64,000 nt of DNA. Origin: Adineta vaga (taxonomy: Eukaryota > Animalia > Rotifera). Below the pieces are notes generated by a model. The model was not told where the DNA came from, made no database searches, and was given only the letters and a program-made list of their open reading frames with translations. Of this stretch, positions 25,040 through 40,400 are shown in pieces; position 1 is the first letter of the stretch; each line of letters begins with the position of its first letter. The stretch lies in contig CP075497.1 in NCBI GenBank assembly GCA_021613535.1, positions 13,578,001 through 13,642,000 on the forward strand. Reading direction: 5' to 3'. A program made the translations under genes and the position numbers.

Positions 25040-27563
25040 AATCAAGAATAACAATAATATTGACACTCTTCGGACATTGATGGTCGGGTTAGTTTGACCT
25101 CTTATTTTTATGTACTAATTCTAACATTTATCAGATATCACACTATAGCAATACTCGACGAGTTCTTAATCATCAAAATAAGGATATTCAGAAGTAAAAT
25201 TTATACCTCTCACTATTTCAGTGAAATGTTTCAAAATTTAGCATTCTTATATATTGTAGCAAGAAATATATAGTTTTACACAAACTATTTTTTCTCAAAA
25301 TCCACTGCTGTTTTCTGAATAAAAGATTTTACTTATTTTACAATGAATGGCAAAAGAAAATTATTAATCTTCGAAAAACTTTACATACATTAGTTGAAAA
25401 CAGTTTAATAACAGCTATACTCTTTGACATACAAAACAGATCAAAAGTAGCATAACACAGAATGTGTTTCAATGTTTTCTTTATACATAATCAGTTAGAT
25501 CTCATACTTATATCACACGTCATAGATAGTATAATTCAAAAATATAGTATATGATCAATATCTAGCTGCGGTAATTTGTTCAAAAGCGCACAACCTTATG
25601 AAGATCGAAATGAGATTATCATGCCTGAGTGAATCTATTGTAACATTTGATACAACAATAAACACATTGAGCAACTTTTATAAAACACGGTATTGTTAAA
25701 AATACTAAATAAATACACATTAATGTGTGTTTGATTTTTTTAGTTTTTATGTCTATCATATGCATAGTATTCAAAATCAAACGCTATTAGAGAGTTGAAT
25801 CTATCCACAAATAAATTTTTCTCATATGTCTAACTTAGTAGCGCTGGTTAATGTCAATTATCAGTTGTTGAAACTTGTGTATACTTGTATCATTGAATAT
25901 GGTAAAGCATAAAATCCTCTAACACATACAATAATTCTAGTAACTATTTAATATTTTATCATATCTAATGATAAAAATGCACATAAGATCTCGACGGTTG
26001 TTTTACATAGTAATATTAACTAGCGCTACTGCAGAAGAAGAGTTATTGATTCTAGTGAAAACATCTTCAGTTTATACTTAAAATAAGTTAGGCAATGTAA
26101 TTTCTCAGATTCAGTTCCATTATAGCTTTCATCTGAAATCTACCTTATTTAAATAAAACAAGCAAGAATTCAGTTCTTGTCTTAATAGTCAACAATTAAT
26201 CTTATTGATTCGTCGTTTAAACGTCGAAAATAAAATTAGATAACGAGTTCTTGCTTATCGAATGAACTCTTTATAAGGGACATATTGGGCTTTTTCTATT
26301 ATACATTTTGTTTTCAAATTATTCAGTGTTCTGCTCAATTGAGTATAATAAAGAGAAACATGTTTTGTATTCATTGTAAACTATTTTCCTGAGAGATAAA
26401 AAAAATAATAAAACGCTGCTAAGAATGACACATATTTAATACTGTACAATGTTTCTGTGTACCATTATTGTTCATAAGTACATGATTAATATACCAAAAT
26501 TGTTGTTGTTGTTAAACATTTTTGTCACTCTAACATAATTAAATATGCAATAGTTTACTATAGAATGTTCTATATGAGGTTCTCAAAATGACTATATTTA
26601 TGGAGAATAATGACCGAAACATATTTATCGTATTGAAAATGTATTTTAACTATCAAATTAATTAACATATGAACCAATCAGGATAGAACAAAAATGTATA
26701 ATGAATAACACGCATGATGAGAGTGAAGGTGAACATATTATATCATTTTATTCTTTGAAGATTTTACAAATATCCTATGAGATAATTGTCAATGACTCTA
26801 GACCGTATTCTGATTCAATAGGTTAAACCTTGTAGAATTCAAATGAATATCTTCTGTATCAATTGCATTATACTGAATACTTTAGGATGTAATTTTCATA
26901 ATATATATAATCTGTTATCGAATTCTAAGGGCTAACCGTCATTATTGTGTGTTCAAAAAATATTTTTTGATGATATATGTTACTTATAGAAGCTATTAGA
27001 ATTATTCTCACTCCATTAGCTCATCTTGATTAAGTAAGAATAAAACATTGAACTCTACATATATTGTAATATTTTTCTGTATCTTAATCCTCCAGTTGTC
27101 ATTTAATTTACTGATGAAAACGCAGCATTTTGATGATTGAGAAAGACGTCAACTCTTCGATTATTTTATAGATATTCTAATAGGATATTTATTCTAAAAA
27201 AAGTTTTTATGTGAATATTTACTAATATTTAATCAACTTATATACTAATACTACCAAACTAACAAGACTATTTTTGCTACTTATCCAATACAATATTATA
27301 TCATCTCAGTTTCTTTTCTTGTGTAATAGTGAAATATTATTATTATACGATGATAGTCCACTTCGAATTCTTATATGAACGATAGAAACTGCAGTTTCAG
27401 CTTTCCAGTTAAAGCAATAAATAATAAATTTAATCATATTGAACTTTTTTTGTGATGTGTTCCAATTTGTATTTTCTATTCTCTTATCTTTTTATAATTT
27501 CTAGATTGTAATCGGCTTTTTGCATTAGAGATCTTTGTTTTTGTAGTTGTTTATCACAAAAAA

Positions 27564-30500
27564 ATGTTTCCGAAAAAGAAGTCAACAATAGCAAGGACTG
27601 ATCAAAAAGCACAACGGCTAACGGGTTCTGGTAGAACAGAAGCTGTAGCTTCATCTGTTCAACAGCGTATCTATATGCATGAAAATCTGTATTTTCGTGC
27701 TTCCGATTTTTCGATCTACAATAGTCTGGTTCCACTGCAGATCAAACGGGGTTCAGTGTCAATAGAACATGTTCGTTTATCCTTAGTTTCAGTTATACAG
27801 CAGCATACAGTTCTTCGCACTGCAATACGTTTCAACCCAGTGAATAATCAAATTGAGCAATACATCCAACCGCTCACCAACGATATCTATTCATTTGAAC
27901 ATTCCCGTGGTGTTTGCATTTTGGAACAACTTGATCGTCTACTGTCAAACGAAACCATTAGAAAAAGTTTCGATATAGAAAAAGGAAAAGTCCTACGATG
28001 CCATGTAGTGCAACGAAGTACCTACATTCATGATGACTTACTACACCAAGGTGATCTTATCATTCTTGTCCTTCATCACATCGCGTTTGATTTGAGCTCA
28101 ACCATGCCATTAGTCAAGGCATTTGAACAAGCATGTTGGGGGAAAATATATCAACAGTCAGAATTAGCAATTCCACAATACATCGATTTTGCGCTGTATG
28201 AACAAAAAATGCTAGCAGACACCAGTGATCATTCAGAAATGAATAAAGCTCGTCAATTTTGGTTTAATCTTATGCAAGGATATGATTGGAATCATATAAG
28301 ATATTTGGTACCCTATGATGGTCGAACTTATCCACATAAGTCTGGTCGTGGTTATTCTACTGTATTTACCATCGACCAAAATGTAGTCGATGCAATGATG
28401 TTGTTCGCTTCAACCAACAACGTGACAATGTTTTCAGTATCTCTTGCTTGTTACTATGCATTCCTATTCAAACTAACTAATCACGATGATGATTTGTGTG
28501 TCGCCGGGAATACAGCTAATAGATTCGAGGAAGAGATGAAAAATATGATTGGTATGTTTGTCAATCTGCTATTATATCGAATCAAACTTGAACCAAATGA
28601 TACATTTCAACATCTCGTGCAACAAGTGCACCAGTTAAACAGTTACATCCTCATACATTCTTCTTTACCTTATCAACAGATTGTCGATTCACAAGGTAAA
28701 CGAGAACATCATATATTACCATCGGCATCATTCCAATACGAATCATTAATATCACTATTATCGCAAAAAACTACATATGAAATAAATGTGGGCGAACATT
28801 CGATTGCTGGTGTCTACAACGACAGAGAGCTATCTCATGGAAATGGCGTATCACTATTCGATATGTCCCTCACAATTGCTCATGACCACCATGCGCGAAA
28901 TATAGAATGTTTTTTAAATTGTTCGGCAGATATATTTAAACATCAAAATAATGTTGATCTACTGTCAAAGCGTTTCCGGTACATGCTTGAACAGCTCTTT
29001 TCAATTTCAATGTTTCAAGAACCCATTTACAAACTAACTATTCTTCTTCCCAGTGAGAAAATATTACTAACAGAATCGAACAACACAAACGTACTTTCGC
29101 CGGATCCAAACACATGCACAATTCCTATATGTTATCACATCCAACAGCCAATGACCATGTCCGAAGCGAGTAAATTCTGGCTTCATGCTCTTCATGATTA
29201 TAATCTTGATCAATCTTTACCATTACCATTTGATCGATATCGTCTTTCGAATGAAAATCGAACTGGTCGCGGAACATCTGTTTCTTTCAATTTCGGCGAA
29301 GATCTTTCTCATCATTTACTCACATGTGCATCATCATATGACATTTCACCTATGCACATAGCATTAACATGTTATTATATCTTCTTATTTAAATTAACAA
29401 ATGGACAAAAAGATTTATGTATTGGAATCAATACACATGGTCGACATAAAGATGAACTAATGTCAATGTTTGGAATGGTTGTCAGTGATATTCCTTTGCG
29501 ATGCCAACTCAATCCATATTGGTCTTTTCATCAGTTGATTGAGTATGTCGAAGAGATGACAAGAAATAGTCTAAAATACTCCTATTTTCCTCTCCAACGA
29601 ATTCTTGCTCAACATCCCAGTGTTTCTACACCAGCATTTCTCGATATAACTTTTGTTTTTGATGAAATTAAAAAGGAAAAGAGCAATGATGAAATCATGA
29701 TGGATGAATGTCGACTTCATTCTATATCAACAGCATCAATAGAAATCAATGAAAATGAAATCATGAATAAATTTGATTTTTCTCTTACTATTCAACATCA
29801 TCTCAATACTAATCAACTATCATGTACAATCGATGCATCACTTGACTTATTCAATCGAAATACTATTGAGAAGATTGCTCAACGATTTCATTCGATGTTA
29901 GAACAATTATCACCATTCATTGTTCCATCAACATCTCCGTCACCATCACCATCAATCTATCAAATATCACTTACACTCCCCAATGAAACATTACTAGTAG
30001 AATCTCTTAATTCTACACAAGTATTGCTTTCTTCTCCTCTCGCTTGTATACATCATGAGTTTGCTAATCAAGTAATGAAATATTCACAAAAACTAGCACT
30101 TGAACTTGATGAACAATCTCTTACATATTCTGAACTATTGTACTATGTACAAAGATTGTCATTATATCTTCGAATTCATTTTCGTATTCTTCCAGGTGAT
30201 ATTATTTGTCAATGTGTTGAGAGAAGTATATCAATGGTGAGTTAATTGTTGTTCATCATAACAGAGAATATGAATGATGTTTCCTTTGTTTAGGTGATTG
30301 GTATGATGGGAATTGAGATGTGTGATGGTATTTATTGTCCATTATCACCTCGAGATCCACAGCATCGTTTGAATACACTTGTAGAACAAACTCAAAGTCA
30401 TCTTGTTCTTGTTCATTATTTGACAAAATCGAATTTCACTAATGATCTTAGTGTACTTGACCTTGACTTTCTATTAACTGCTGAGAATAACGTGGAAAAT

Positions 30501-31451
30501 GATATCGATGTTGATCTTTTGTCAAATATACTGATTAGATCTGATAGCGTCGCTTATATTATTTTCACGAGTGGATCAACAGGAATGCCTAAAGCAGTAA
30601 GTGACTCAAATGAATATTATGAATGAGTGATAAAATTATTCTCATTGCTTTTTCAGATTCAAGTTCGGCATAGTAATTTCACCGCATCCATCTACTCATT
30701 GGTTGATATTGATACATTCAACAAACATGATACAGTTATTCAAATGTCACGTTGTTCATTTGATATTCATGTGCAAGAAATGTTAGGCACATTGATGAAT
30801 GGTGCCACATTAGTTATGCTTCATCCAAGAGGTACTCTTGATTTTGAATACCTTGCTGAAGTCCTCAATAATAAACAGATTACATATATGCATACGGTAC
30901 CAACTCTTCTTCTCAGTTTTATTGAATTTGTTGGACAGTGGAAAAATCGGAACCCTATCAAATATCTTCAGTTGCTTATGTTCAATCTTCCTGCGTCAAT
31001 GAAGACGAATTACGTGAATATTGTCAATTTCATTTACCACCTCATATGATTCCATCTCTTTTCGTCATTCTTGATAAATTACCTTTAAACACGAATGGAA
31101 AAATAGATCGAAAAGCTCTTCCATTACCCGATTTCACTCTTCTATCAACAATTACACATAATAACGATCAACCAAAAACAAATATCGAACAATGTATACA
31201 TTCCATTTGGTGTCACGTTCTTCCACATCTTACATCGATTTCAGTTTCACAAAATTTCTTTTCTTTGGGTGGTAATTCATTATCTTTGATGAAACTTCAT
31301 CATTTATATCAAATAGAATTTAAACATAATCTCAATATGAGTGAACTTTTTCGTTATCCTACTATTCGTGATCATGCTCGATTATTTCTCGAACAAAAAC
31401 ATTCATCTTTAACAGATAACATACAATGGCAATCGCTTCATCTCAATGAAG
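27564..31451 (+). other. NRPS module 1: starter C, extra C-terminal half of a second C domain, internally deleted A, T
   Basis: Full C (HHIAFDL), then FWLHALHDY..LPLPFDRYR..RTGRG..KFDF with no preceding HHxxxD lobe. A domain jumps from NPIKYL to VAYVQSS in another frame at ~30970. Confidence 0.8.
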
Positions 31452-34400
31452 GTAATTCAAAAATATGAAAAAGAAAAACTAATCTTCTTTCTGTTGATAT
31501 TCTCATAGGTCCTGCATCATTTGCTCAAACACGTATCTATCTAGACGAACAAATTCATTTTGCATCTTCATCAACAGCTATCTATCATATGCCCTTTGCT
31601 CTTGAAATAGATCAACATTGTTCTCTTTCCTTCGAAAGACTACAAAGAGCAGTAAGAGCTTTAGTTGAGAAACATCAAGTGTTGCGAACAAAACTTACAT
31701 TCAATGAAAATGATGATGTATTACGACAATGTGTACTTCATTCATTTGATATACCGTTTGTTGAATCGACAATATCTTTCGATGATAAAGAGGCACTTAA
31801 TCAAATCCTTTTCAGTGAGGAAACGCATCCATCATTATTTGATTATAATCAAGGTCATGTGTTCCGATGTCACATTGTTCGTAGAGATTTAGATAATAAA
31901 AATCACGATCTATTAACATCTGGTGACATAATTATCTTCAATTTTCATCATATAGCTTTCGATGCCTACTCCATTCCAATATTCTTTCAAGATCTGCAAC
32001 ATGCTTATTCAACTAATTGTACTCTCGAATCATCATCATCATCTTCTTCTTCTTCTTCTTCTTTCAATTATATTGATTATGCTATACATGAACGTGAAAT
32101 TGATTTTAGTGAAATGAAAGAGTTTTGGCATGAACATTTGCTTGGTTATTCAGATCATATTCTTCCATTACCATATGATCGATATCCATTGAATAAAACA
32201 CGATCTGGTCGTGGTATAACAATCAATTTTGAGTTATCAGCAAAATTAGTTGATCAAATGTATAAATTTGCTGTTGAACATGAATTAACTCTCTTTCAAC
32301 TTGGATTAGCTTCTTTCTATACTTATCTATTTAAACTTACTCAACAAACAGATTTGTATGTGAATTGTGTGTTTGCAAACAGAAATCGTCATGAACTTCA
32401 GGATATTATTGGATTCTTCGTCAATACACTCCCACATCATATGAATGTGGATCCCTTTCAATCATTTGAAGCATTTGTAATGTGTGTGAAGCAGCTTTCA
32501 TTGATGATCATGTCTAATAGCCGACTGCCTTATCAGGATATTATTGGTGGTCAAAGCACTCAAATAATGTTTCTATCTGATAGTGATAGTGACAATGACA
32601 GGAGTCACTTTAGGCTTGATAATAATAATACTCTTCATGTACTTTCGAGAGAAGAAAGTGATGTAGCAAAATTTGACCTGACATGTGCATGGTATGAAAA
32701 TGTCAACGATCGAACCGTTAATATTTCACTGAATGGCTCATCTGATCTGTTTGATAGATTGTCACTTTCAATGATGTATGATCGATTCGAACAAATGCTT
32801 GAGCAATTATTTAAGTTGTCTTCTTTGTGTGAGGCTTCATTGATATTATCCAATGAGAGGAAATTATTGACTGAAATAAGTTATGGTCCTGAACTAAGGT
32901 GTGGCAATGAATGGCAACCTATTCATCATACATTTGTGTTACGAGCTGACGAATATCCGCAGAAAATAGCGGTAATTCTTGATGAACAGTGTCTTACCTA
33001 TGGTGAACTTCTCAATCAAAGTCAACAGTTTGCTGTGTATTTGATAGATATGTGCGATGTAAAAGAGCAAGATATAGTGGTGCAATGTGTTGAGCGTAGT
33101 ATCGAGATGGTGATTGGAATTATGGCTATAATGATAGCTGGTGCTGTGTATTGCCCGTTGTCAATTGATCTTCCTTTAGAAAGAAAGTTATCACTGATCG
33201 AGCAAACCCATTCGAAATGTGTTCTTGTTGAAGACAGTACGGTAGATTTCGAAGGATATACGTGCATTGCATTGAAGAGTGTGATTATATTTAATGGCAC
33301 CGCAGAAATGTCCGATATCCTGTCTTGTGTGAAAGTAAATTTGCAATCGACTGCGTATATTATTTTCACAAGTGGATCAACTGGTATGCCAAAGGGTATA
33401 GGTACGAGTCATCTCAGTTTTGCTCAGTTCTTGGCGTCTTTAGTGCAATCAAAATATATCGACTCGAATGATATTATCATGCAAGTGAGTAAATGCTCAT
33501 TTGATGTTCATGCGTTTGAGACGATTGGTGGTTTAACACTTGGTGCTTCATTGATTCTCCTTCACTCTCACGGCAATCTCGATGCACATTATTTGTATCA
33601 AACTATTCTAAACGAACATGTGACATTTGTTAATTGGGTACCCACAACTATTGAAGCGATCTGCGAGTGTGTCATTACTAATAACGAAACCATGCCACCG
33701 TTAACTAGTTTACGATGTGTTGCAACAGGAGGTAATATTTCTAATAATATGAGATACTTATTTTCCACTACGATTTTGTATGTTTAGGCGAGTTGGTTTA
33801 TGGAAGAATTGTTCATCTTCTATTCACTCATTTAATATCATCCTCATGCCGGATAGTAAATCTTTATTCACCCGCTGAATGCACGATATTTGCCCTTCAT
33901 TACTCTGTTCCAAATTCTTCATCTAACTTGTCGGAAATGAACATAATTCCGCTAGGTCAATGTCTACCAGGACGTCAGGTAGCTGTACTTGACAAATACA
34001 AGCAACAAGTGATCCCAGATGGTAGCATGGCTGGGGAAATTTACCTTGGAGGGTGCAGTGTTTTCTCTGGTTACATCACCCAAACGCAAGAAACCATGAA
34101 AGCGCTTTGTGTATTACCAGGACGTGAAGGGAACTTCTACAAAACCAACGACCTCGGTAAAATAAATTCTCAAGGATATATTCTGTTCAGCGGGCGTATT
34201 GATCATCAAATTAAGTTCAGGGGACAACGTATTGAGATGGGTGAGATTGAGGCCATTATTCTCGGATCATCAGCTGTTATCAACAACTGTTTAGTCATCG
34301 ATTATACCATGAATCAACAGCAACATCTGATTGCTTATATTCATACTACACAGCCTCAACCTAATTTACGAGATTATTGCACACAACACCTTCCATTATA

Positions 34401-37400
34401 CATGGTTCCATCTCTTTTCATCATTCTTGATAAATTACCTTTAAACACGAATGGAAAAATAGATCGAAAAGCTCTTCCATTACCCGATTTCACTCTTCTA
34501 TCAACAATTACACATAATAACGATCAACCAAAAACAAATATCGAACAATGTATACATTCCATTTGGTGTCACGTTCTTCCACATCTTACATCGATTTCAG
34601 TTTCACAAAATTTCTTTTCTTTGGGTGGTAATTCATTATCTTTGATGAAACTTCATCATTTATATCAAATAGAATTTAAACATAATCTCAATATGAGTGA
34701 ACTTTTTCGTTATCCTACTATTCGTGATCATGCTCGATTATTTCTCGAACAAAAACATTCATCTTTAACAGATAACATACAATGGCAATCGCTTCATCTC
34801 AATGAAGGTAATTCAAAAATATGAAAAAGAAAAACTAATCTTCTTTCTGTTGATATTCTCATAGGTCCTGCATCATTTGCTCAAACACGTATCTATCTAG
34901 ACGAACAAATTCATTTTGCATCTTCATCAACAGCTATCTATCATATTCCTATTATTCTCGAAATCACTCAAACATCAATGTCATTATCAAGACTTCAACG
35001 AGCTCTTTTGGTTCTTATGAATAAACATAAAATACTTCGTACTCGTGTTGTATTTGATGAGAATGAACATCATCTTAGACAAGAAATTCTTCCATTTTCA
35101 TCCATTTCAATGATTGATACAACAATTTCTCATGAAGAACATCTTCATCAACTTTGTTATAATGAAGAAACTAATGCAACACTTTTTAATTTAATTCATG
35201 GAGATGTATTTCGATGTCATCTTATTCGAAAATCAATTAGTACAGATAACGATCTTCTCATTCCTGGTAACATTCTTATTTTTAACTTTCATCATGCAGC
35301 TTTTGATGGCTCATCCATTGAAATTTTCTTCCATGATTTACAACGAGCATACACAATAGATGATCAATTAGAACCTTGTTCACTCGATTATATAGATTAT
35401 GCAGTCTATGAAAAAGAGATTAATATGAATGAAGCAACACAATTTTGGAAAGAACATATGAATGATTTCATTAATAATATTCTTCCATTACCATATGATC
35501 GAATACCACATGATAATAATACTCGTTCTGGTCATGGCATAACAATGAGTTTTGGTTTGTCCCAAGATATTGTCGATCAAATGCTCACTTACATGATTGA
35601 AAATGATGTTACTCTCTTTCAACTTGGTTTCGCTATTTTCTATACTTATCTATTTAAACTTACTCAACAAACAGATTTATGTGTTCTTACCGTTAATGCT
35701 AATCGTCATCGACCAGAATTACAAGATATTATTGGTTTTTTTGTCAATACATTGCCTTATCGTCTATCAATTGATGGTTACTTAAGCTTTCTTCATCTTG
35801 TTCGACGTGTGAAAGAACTTGCTCTTACTACATTGCCACATACACATCTCCATTATCAAGACATTATTTCAAATATGACAATGAATACTTTGCAAACAAT
35901 GTTTCTTATTGAAACTGAACATGACAATGTGGTTACTCTTGATTCTCATACTAATCTTCGTCCATTAACTTTTCTCACTACTGATCCACAAACTATTGCT
36001 AAATTCGATTTCACTTGCTCTCTTTATTTACAATCTCAAATGCGTTCCATAACTGTAACATTCAATGTTTCGAACGATCTCTTCGATATGAATACAACAG
36101 TTCTCATGATTAATCGTTTTAAATGTCTTTTCAATCAACTTTTCTCATCATCATCACCATCATTCTTATTTCTTTCGCAATATTCATTACTTCTATCATA
36201 TGAAATCGAGTTGTTTCATCAATTAAATAATGAAAATTCACTATGTTTATCAAATTCATGGCCTATTCATCATCGATTTGTATATCAAGTTGACAAACAT
36301 CCACAAAAAATTGCACTCATACTCGATGATCAATATTTGACTTATGCTGAATTATTGAGTAGATCACAATTGTTAGCTTTGTATTTAATTGAATATTATC
36401 ATGTACAATCTGGTGATGTTATTGGTGTTTGTATCGATAGAAGTATTGAAATGGTAAGTCATTGATGACAATATTGATTTTGATTTTTCTTTTTTCTATA
36501 GATTATTAGTATAATATCGATTCTAATGTGTGATGCTTGCTACTGTCCATTATCACCTGATCAATCTGCATCTAGACTTAATACACTAATTGAACAATTA
36601 GAACCAAGATGTGTTCTTATTCGTATGCAAACAGATACATTTATTTCATCGAAGAATATCAATATTGAACAAGTACTATTGTTATCAAATTTGTGTGAAT
36701 GGAAAGAAGATGATATTCGTGGAGATATGAAATCATTAGCTTATATGATATTTACAAGTGGCTCAACGAGTACGCCTAAAATTGTACCGATTAGTCATAA
36801 AAATTTTGATATCTGTATGAATGCACTTGTTCATTCTGGAATAATGATGAATAGTGATATTGTACTACAAACAACTCCATCTTCATTTGATATTCATATG
36901 CAAGAAATTTTGGGTACACTATGGCTTGGTGGATGTCTATGTTTACTTCACTCAAAAGGAAATCTTGACATGAACTATTGGATATCGGTGGTACAACGAC
37001 AAGAGATTAGTTTTATTATAAGTGTGCCCACTTTCTTCACTTCACTTATTCAATATATAGAGAAATCAGCTGATTTACATCAAGCATTATCAAGTGTTCA
37101 TCGATTATGTTCAATAGGTAAGTTCTTTCTTTTCATATAAAGATTTATTTGTGCTATGGTATGTTCGGAATAAAAAGATTCAGTAGATAAGCTCTTCATA
37201 CCATATTTGTCATGTCATGTCTTAGTTATGAAGGGAATTAGAATGGAGTTTGTCGTAGGAACTGTTCGTTAATGTTTCAGTTTTTGGGGACAATAGTGAG
37301 GATTTCGAGCATAGGCGATTGTGATCACAATAGAGTTGATTAGTTTTTCGAATTAATTAAAATCAGAATCGATCTGAATCTAGAAGTTTCGGTCCGAGTG

Positions 37401-40400
37401 GTGTTATGGAAGATGAAAAATAGCGATGACTTCTACGGCTTTTTAAAACGTTACAGTTATTTTTGGAACTGATTAATTTGCTTTATTACACAACACATTG
37501 ATTGATTATGTTGTTTCGCATTTTGACTATCTCTGTTAGATGGACATACGAACAATATATAGAGTGTACGAGTACACGAATTGCGAGACTTTTTATTTAA
37601 AATTATGCTGCCGTTGAATAGCCTCCTACTTATGGTTAAAAATAGTTTCAGTTGCAACGGTTCTGATTTCCGTTCAGTTATATCACACTTCATGAATTTA
37701 ATTGTGTTTCTGAGCTATAATAATGCATGAATTGGGTCTCTAATTTAGTCATCAGACCGACTCCTTCAGAATTGTAGGCCTCTAAATCGAAACATTATGT
37801 ACTAAGGTATAGTGTAACAATTTCATATTTTAAGCTTGTAGAATTGAGCCTTTATTCAATAGTTCTTCGTCTTATGTGTAAAAAAAAACATTAGAAAGGG
37901 AGAGAAAACGAGAAACAATAACTTTGCGTAGGCATAATATACACATGCCAAGATATGACATATAACTTTGCAGTGATACAATTCTGTATAAGAAAGAAAA
38001 CAGAAGTGATGATAAGGAAAGGATAATACTTGGTGTATAATCAATCCATATGAATAATCTCAAGAATAACAAACGGTACAATCTGGCCATTAACTGAGAA
38101 GCGACAATGATATAGATGGGATGTTATAGATAAATTGAATTGGAAGTGTTACATAGCGATAAATCCTAACAAATTCAAATTCATAAGTTCTGATTCATAA
38201 ATACATAATGCAAAATTTAGGAACTAATAAATGTTTGGATCTATTTCACTGCGGAAAGTATGTAGAATCAAGAGTAATTCGAAATGCAATAGACGAAACG
38301 AAGAATATTTCGCATTATAGTAATTCCATGATTAATAGTTTCTTTTATAAATTCTTTAAACTTGCGATCTTAGCAGGCTTTTGGAGAATAATTCACCTTT
38401 AAGCATTGCAGAGAATCTAATGGTAAAATAATTTAGATACAATACTACGTAAGGTAGAAAACTACAGTCAAGTATTACTTCTTTCTATTCAACATTCGAG
38501 AGAACCTTAGAAAGAGTTCATTATATGAAGATGTCCAAGTATAAGTAAGTTCTTATTTTGGTTATATATTTTGAATATACGACTTTTGACAACTGGATGA
38601 GTCAGATGAGTTGGGTTTAGATCAAATTATCTAGCATAGTTTTTATAGGTCGGTCCCTTTGCTAGATCTTTCTAACAGATCTCAGGCTAGGAATTAGTCC
38701 AGCCCGGTCGAGATCTTAAACCGGCCGGTTTTTACCGTTTTTTAAAATTGTTTATAAGACAATTATATCATTGTTCTGTAGATGTCACACATTATGATTT
38801 ACAAAAATGTGATATTAATACCATAAATTTAAGTTAGAAAGAAGAAAACGACATTGTACGCAGTGGACATATTATTATTAATATTATTATTATTATTAAA
38901 TCGCTATGATTTAAAAACGTTAGGCTTCAATTTTACTGATTGTCCATTTCAGCGAATTAAAAGCAATCCGTATGTACTAGGTACTTAGTATTGCAAGAAA
39001 ATGGATCAGTATCTTAGGTAAATGTTACATTGTCGTTTATATAGATTTTCTGTAAATTATGGAAAGTGTAGTCTGATATTTGCGTCAGCGTTACGTTTAA
39101 TACACATTGTCAAATAGTCATCAAAGATTATAAAAGCTTTATCTAGCCATTTATTATTCTTTTTTCAAACTATTACTTGATTAAACATAAGTTGTAAAAA
39201 GATTGTTATGAATTAGAAAATAAACGACTTAAAACCAGTTCGCTTTGACTACTTCAATTTCAGAAAATAGCACAAATAAAGACATTTGAGATTTGCCAAA
39301 GTTGTTATCTTTTCCGCAAGCTTTCGATACTCATAAACTGTTTTTATTTCTATTAAACAATGACACATGCTCAATAGTCATCTTCACATATATACGAGTA
39401 TAAGAGTCAAATCTAAAGAATAATGCCTATTATTGACTGATATTTCGTTAAAACGTAATTTGCTCACAATGATAGACATATTGAAACCAATATTGTATCA
39501 GTTGAGTTGTCATCAGTTAGACTTTAAAAAATGCTTTCGTCCAGCTTCTTCCCTGTCAAATCACACTATACAACCTGCCGACTTTTTCCAGGTTTTTACC
39601 GTTTCAATCATATATGTAAACCAGTCGATCCAGACTGATTTAAAAAGCCAAACCGATTTAGCAGGTCGTTCAACAGAAATTCTACCACTTCCAAGTCTGA
39701 AAGACTCTAATAATGATATACGTTCATATAAATATGATCTGATTATGAACCATGTTATATTAGCTAAATTCTTTCAACAATATATTTGACCAAATAACAA
39801 TCAATCGCCTATGTTAGAAGAGCAAGCAATAAGATTCGGTTTTTAAAACATCATACATAACTATTTTGCACCCAACACGATGACTGTTATAGGTGTTGAG
39901 TAGGGATGTCACATTACTTTTACTTTTTATTTATTTTGCTCATTAATTGATAATAAATTTATTACCATTATTACTTATTGCTTCTCACTAGTAAATACTT
40001 TAGTTTTGTTATTTTATTGATATTAGAGTTTCCACTCATTCTTTGTAGTGCATTTTTCACTAATTTTGTATCGAGTTATTAGTAATTACTTTCAAATCAT
40101 TATTACTTATTGCCAATAATAAAGTAATAATAAATTTGAAAGTAATAAGTAATAACGAGTAATAATTATTATTATTATAATACAGTAATAACAATTGTAA
40201 AATAGCATCGATAAGAAGAATAGGTAATACATTGACTTCTGAATGTTATCTGTGAACCAAATATTATCTTCTAGAACCTCTCACAGATGCTAAGCGCATA
40301 AAAAAACAGTGCATTGGAAAATTATATACAATTTTATCTGCTCATTTGTTTGGATATAGATGGGTCAGTGACGAATCTAAACTTTTCATGATGAGATTCG

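Noticed and set aside
25040-27563. Possibility that PKS and NRPS splice into one hybrid protein
   Set aside because: PKS frame ends in a clean stop at 25039 and I found no coding-like exon in the spacer; needs cDNA to exclude fully.
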